Source: Armatimonadota bacterium (lineage in GTDB: Bacteria > Sysuimicrobiota > Sysuimicrobiia > Sysuimicrobiales > Humicultoraceae). Taken from it: 28,933 bases of DNA. The position numbers and the translations under genes were made by a program. The stretch is from NCBI GenBank assembly GCA_052386995.1, contig JBQTJP010000152.1:1-28933 (forward strand). Reading direction: 5' to 3'. Within the stretch, counting starts at the first letter, position 1, and each line of letters starts with the position of its first letter. Below the pieces are notes generated by a model. That model worked only from the letters and a program-made list of their open reading frames with translations, was not told the origin of the DNA and ran no database searches. This document shows positions 27,101-28,933 of the stretch, one piece after another.

Positions 27101-27230
27101 GGTCACGTCGACCGTGGGGAGCCTGCTGCTCATCCCGGCGTTTTACGTGCTGATGGATAGGGCGGCCCAGTGGGTGCGCACGCGCCGCGAGGTCCCCGAG
27201 GGCGTCGCGGAACCCACGGAAGGAAAGTAG
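24147..27230 (+). CDS. RND efflux permease (AcrB/MdtB/SwrC-like, HAE1)
   Basis: 1027 aa; LPVDLLPDISFP, GMLVDDAIVVLENI, VKNAIVMI and RLRPILMTTLTT show an intact proton-relay set. Confidence 0.95.
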   Translation: MNIARVAIARPVSTIMFFLAVAFLGVIAFGRLPVDLLPDISFPTLTVTTDYKGAGPREVEREVSILLENALSSAPGVTEVFSNSTEGRSTVRLRYAWGTDLDAALNDVRPAIDRVRNLLPDGADAPRVAKFDPNLFPIVLLGIEVRGDMGAMRDVAENEFKPRFEQIDGVATVDVRGAQARQIHVDLDRQRLEALGVSEREINQALLSESTAEPGGDVRVGTQRRIVRTVGRFSTVEEIAQTVVAVRQGVPVRVADVARVQDTVADATSLVRINGRPGILIAISKQSGTNTVAVAQRVFAVVEQVNQQFPQARIITVSDGSKFIRRSIGSVREAAIIGAVLTVLVLILFLRNLSSTLILSTAIPICILATFLLMFWGGFTLNLMTFGGLALAVGMLVDDAIVVLENIFRFREEGRPPRLAAEEATRQVGTAVMASTLTTVAVFLPLFFTTGIASVMFQPLAYIVTFSLLVSLLVSFTLTPSLSVRGLIMRHGTGTAARVAATAERAFQAVEDGYRRVLIRVMRRPYLISAVAIALTIAGLAAMPLIGRETFPSSDEHEFFVTVQQPRGTALDVSNRAARRIEQMLMEETPGAGQVLSIIGSSFAATGTHTSTFRVSLTHDAPPTQEVINDLRRRIRLPGATVFFRPLSSLFFFRSPDPISIDLRGFDLERANAAARNLRGVLETVPGVTDLQVSREESAEEFTVQVDKTKAATFGVTASQVATAVRTYVGGRTAALYRSGGEDIDVVVRLREDDRRTPDKIGDLPISTPRGIVPLRQVATITGSPGPTQIQRRNRERIVTITGNVTGREISAALRDVQSTVLAQRLPPGFSVAFSGEFQDQQESFAQLFSGFLMSLVLVYMVMASQFERLLEPLLIMAAVPFALVGAIGALLLTGTTLNVQSGLGAIVLVGLAVKNAIVMISYSLQLQDEGVPLLEALARAGQRRLRPILMTTLTTTFGLLPLAIGLGEGGELQSPLARALIGGLVTSTVGSLLLIPAFYVLMDRAAQWVRTRREVPEGVAEPTEGK

Positions 27231-27926
27231 GTGAAGACCCGGTTCGCCGTTCTCGCGCTCGTTCTCGGGCTCAGTGCGCTTCCCGTCGCGCGGGCGCAGT
27301 CGCCTTCGACCCAACACGTCGCCGCGATGGTTGCCGGCATCATGACGAGGGGCCAGATCATCGTGGCCGGCGTGCCGCTGAGCTCTGGGACCTGGGGCAC
27401 CGACTACATCACCGTCTCTCACGCGCTGGGCGTCGGACGTCAGTACGCCGTGCTCCAAGGCAGCGAATCTGCGGCGGCGGCCACGCCCGTGATGGCCTGC
27501 TCTACTCACGCCCATGGCATCGACGTCCTGATCCTGCGGGTGAAGGCGCATGTGAGCCAGGCCATCGTGGAGTGGGGAGATCCCACGGAGCTACGGCCCG
27601 GTGATGAGCTCATGATGTTCGTCAGAAAAGAGATGCACCCCGAAGCGGTCAAGGTCAAATTCCTGCATCTTAATCTTCTGGAGTGGTCCCGGACGGGGCG
27701 TGGGGACTGGGAACCGCAGTGGCATCACGTCATGATCGGCGACGGCATGATCAAACCAGGGTTCTCAGGCTCTCCCTGGGTCAGGCAGGGAAAAGTCTAC
27801 GGGCTGGTGAAGGGTCAGGTCAGGCCGCCGGGACAAAGCGTCTGGTACGCCGCGGCGGAGACGGCGGCGCGGATGAAGCAGTGCCTGAAAGAGCAGCACT
27901 ACGATCAGCTTGTTCCCAGAGAATGA
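27231..27926 (+). CDS. Secreted trypsin-like (HtrA-protease-domain-like) serine protease without PDZ, copy 1
   Basis: Signal peptide; YITVSHAL (His), IDVLILRV (Asp), WGDPTELRPGDEL and PGFSGSPW...GKVYGL (Ser). GTG follows directly after the RND TAG. Confidence 0.72.
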   Translation: MKTRFAVLALVLGLSALPVARAQSPSTQHVAAMVAGIMTRGQIIVAGVPLSSGTWGTDYITVSHALGVGRQYAVLQGSESAAAATPVMACSTHAHGIDVLILRVKAHVSQAIVEWGDPTELRPGDELMMFVRKEMHPEAVKVKFLHLNLLEWSRTGRGDWEPQWHHVMIGDGMIKPGFSGSPWVRQGKVYGLVKGQVRPPGQSVWYAAAETAARMKQCLKEQHYDQLVPRE

Positions 27927-27951
27927 CAGGCAAATGAGCGGAAGATCGGGG

Positions 27952-27957
27952 TAAAAT
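27952..27957 (+). promoter_or_regulatory. Putative -10 element for a leaderless transcript of protease copy 2
   Basis: TAAAAT exactly 6 nt before ATG 27964, without a strong Shine-Dalgarno. Confidence 0.45.
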
Positions 27958-27963
27958 AGGGTC

Positions 27964-28686
27964 ATGAGGTTCCGCTTAGCCGGGTGGGTACTCCTCATGG
28001 CAGTCGCCGCTGCTCCGGTCGCGGCGGCCCTACCTCGTCCATCGGCAGACCTTGCCGCAGTGGTGGTAGGCATCGTCTCCGACGGGCAGGTGATTGCCGG
28101 GGGCATGACGCTGGCCTCCGGGCCCTGGGGGACCGACTACATCACCGTGTCTCACGCGTTAGGCGTTGGGCGAAAATACGCCGTGGTTCACGGCGACGGC
28201 GTGCGGGTGCCGGCCACGCCGGTCATGGCGTGCTCTTCAGCCGCCCACGGGATGGATATCCTGGTCCTGCGGGTGCTATCTCTGAAGAATTCGCCCGTGA
28301 TGGAGTGGGGTGACCCCGGGACGCTCAGGGCCGGAGACGAGCTCGTGGTCATGGTGCGCAAGGAATTTCATCCCGAGCCTGTCAGGGTCAAATTCGTACA
28401 CCAGAACCTGCTTGCATGGTTACCGACCGGAGCAGGCCCCTGGGGCCAGGCGTGGCACAACGTCATGGTCGCCCACGGGATGGCCCAGCCCGGATTCTCG
28501 GGATCGCCCTGGGTGAGGGATGGGAAGGTGTACGGATTGTTCAAGGGCCGGGTCAAACCTCCGGGGCAGGGCGCCTGGTACGCGACTGCTGAGACCTCGA
28601 CACGGGTGAAGCAGTGCCTGAACGTGCAGTCCTACGAACTGCTGATTCCGAACGACCTCGACGAGGACCTGTCCCCGAGGTCCTGA
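27964..28686 (+). CDS. Secreted trypsin-like serine protease without PDZ, copy 2 (tandem paralog)
   Basis: Signal peptide; identical WGTDYITVSHALGVGR, ATPVMACS and PGFSGSPWVR blocks shared with copy 1. Confidence 0.72.
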   Translation: MRFRLAGWVLLMAVAAAPVAAALPRPSADLAAVVVGIVSDGQVIAGGMTLASGPWGTDYITVSHALGVGRKYAVVHGDGVRVPATPVMACSSAAHGMDILVLRVLSLKNSPVMEWGDPGTLRAGDELVVMVRKEFHPEPVRVKFVHQNLLAWLPTGAGPWGQAWHNVMVAHGMAQPGFSGSPWVRDGKVYGLFKGRVKPPGQGAWYATAETSTRVKQCLNVQSYELLIPNDLDEDLSPRS

Positions 28687-28711
28687 CGGAGCCGCACCGG
28701 CCCCAACCGGA

Positions 28712-28933
28712 CTAAAACGGACGCGGCAAGCCCAGATCAATCCAGCCCACAGCGAAGGCGAGCGCAAGAAGCGCCAGCACGGTGATGACGACCAGCCATT
28801 CCAGCCGGCTGTCGGCCTTCACGCGCCCTACTAGATCCGTTACCCGTCGGACGTGTGTTCCTCCTTCACGCCATTGCTTCTCTTTGATGCCGTCGAACAT
28901 CGTCCTCCCCCTGCCAAGAACGACGGGATTCAC
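28712..28933 (-). CDS. 3' end of a RibD_C/dihydrofolate-reductase-family protein, apparently truncated and fused to a hydrophobic tail (partial, enters from the window edge)
   Basis: VNPVVLGRGRTMFDGIKEK matches the late PvvLGxG motif of RibD_C proteins, but the usual last two strands are replaced by unrelated sequence ending in a TM helix. Confidence 0.55.
   Translation of the reverse strand: MNPVVLGRGRTMFDGIKEKQWREGGTHVRRVTDLVGRVKADSRLEWLVVITVLALLALAFAVGWIDLGLPRPF

Overview
High-GC bacterial chromosomal window. Left end: a partial molybdate-binding protein gene (modA) coupled to an HTH_17+TOBE regulator, then a small HExxH protein. The centre (1280-15209, all minus strand, mostly tightly packed or translationally coupled) is a 14-gene catabolic operon: ornithine cyclodeaminase/mu-crystallin protein, a complete Liv-type ABC importer, GntR/FCD regulator, NicF-like isochorismatase-family amidase, extradiol (VOC) dioxygenase, tandem DUF4286/EthD-like protein, AA_synth-family protein, enamidase-like amidohydrolase, non-canonical DHDPS/NAL-family aldolase and a lone xanthine-dehydrogenase-family molybdopterin subunit. 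I do not recognise this combination as a described pathway; it most likely degrades an N-heterocyclic aromatic compound and is the best candidate for a new system. The right half holds two GT39/ArnT-like glycosyltransferases, each next to a tRNA (Thr-CGT; Val-CAC, which lies inside the glycosyltransferase reading frame), an M29 aminopeptidase, a ferritin-like/VIT1 fusion, a probable frameshifted remnant, a family-5 uracil-DNA glycosylase, an RND adaptor and permease followed by two tandem secreted PDZ-less trypsin-like proteases, and a truncated RibD_C/DHFR-family tail at the edge. No integrase, transposase, CRISPR array or rRNA was seen. All family calls come from motif recognition by eye, not database searches.
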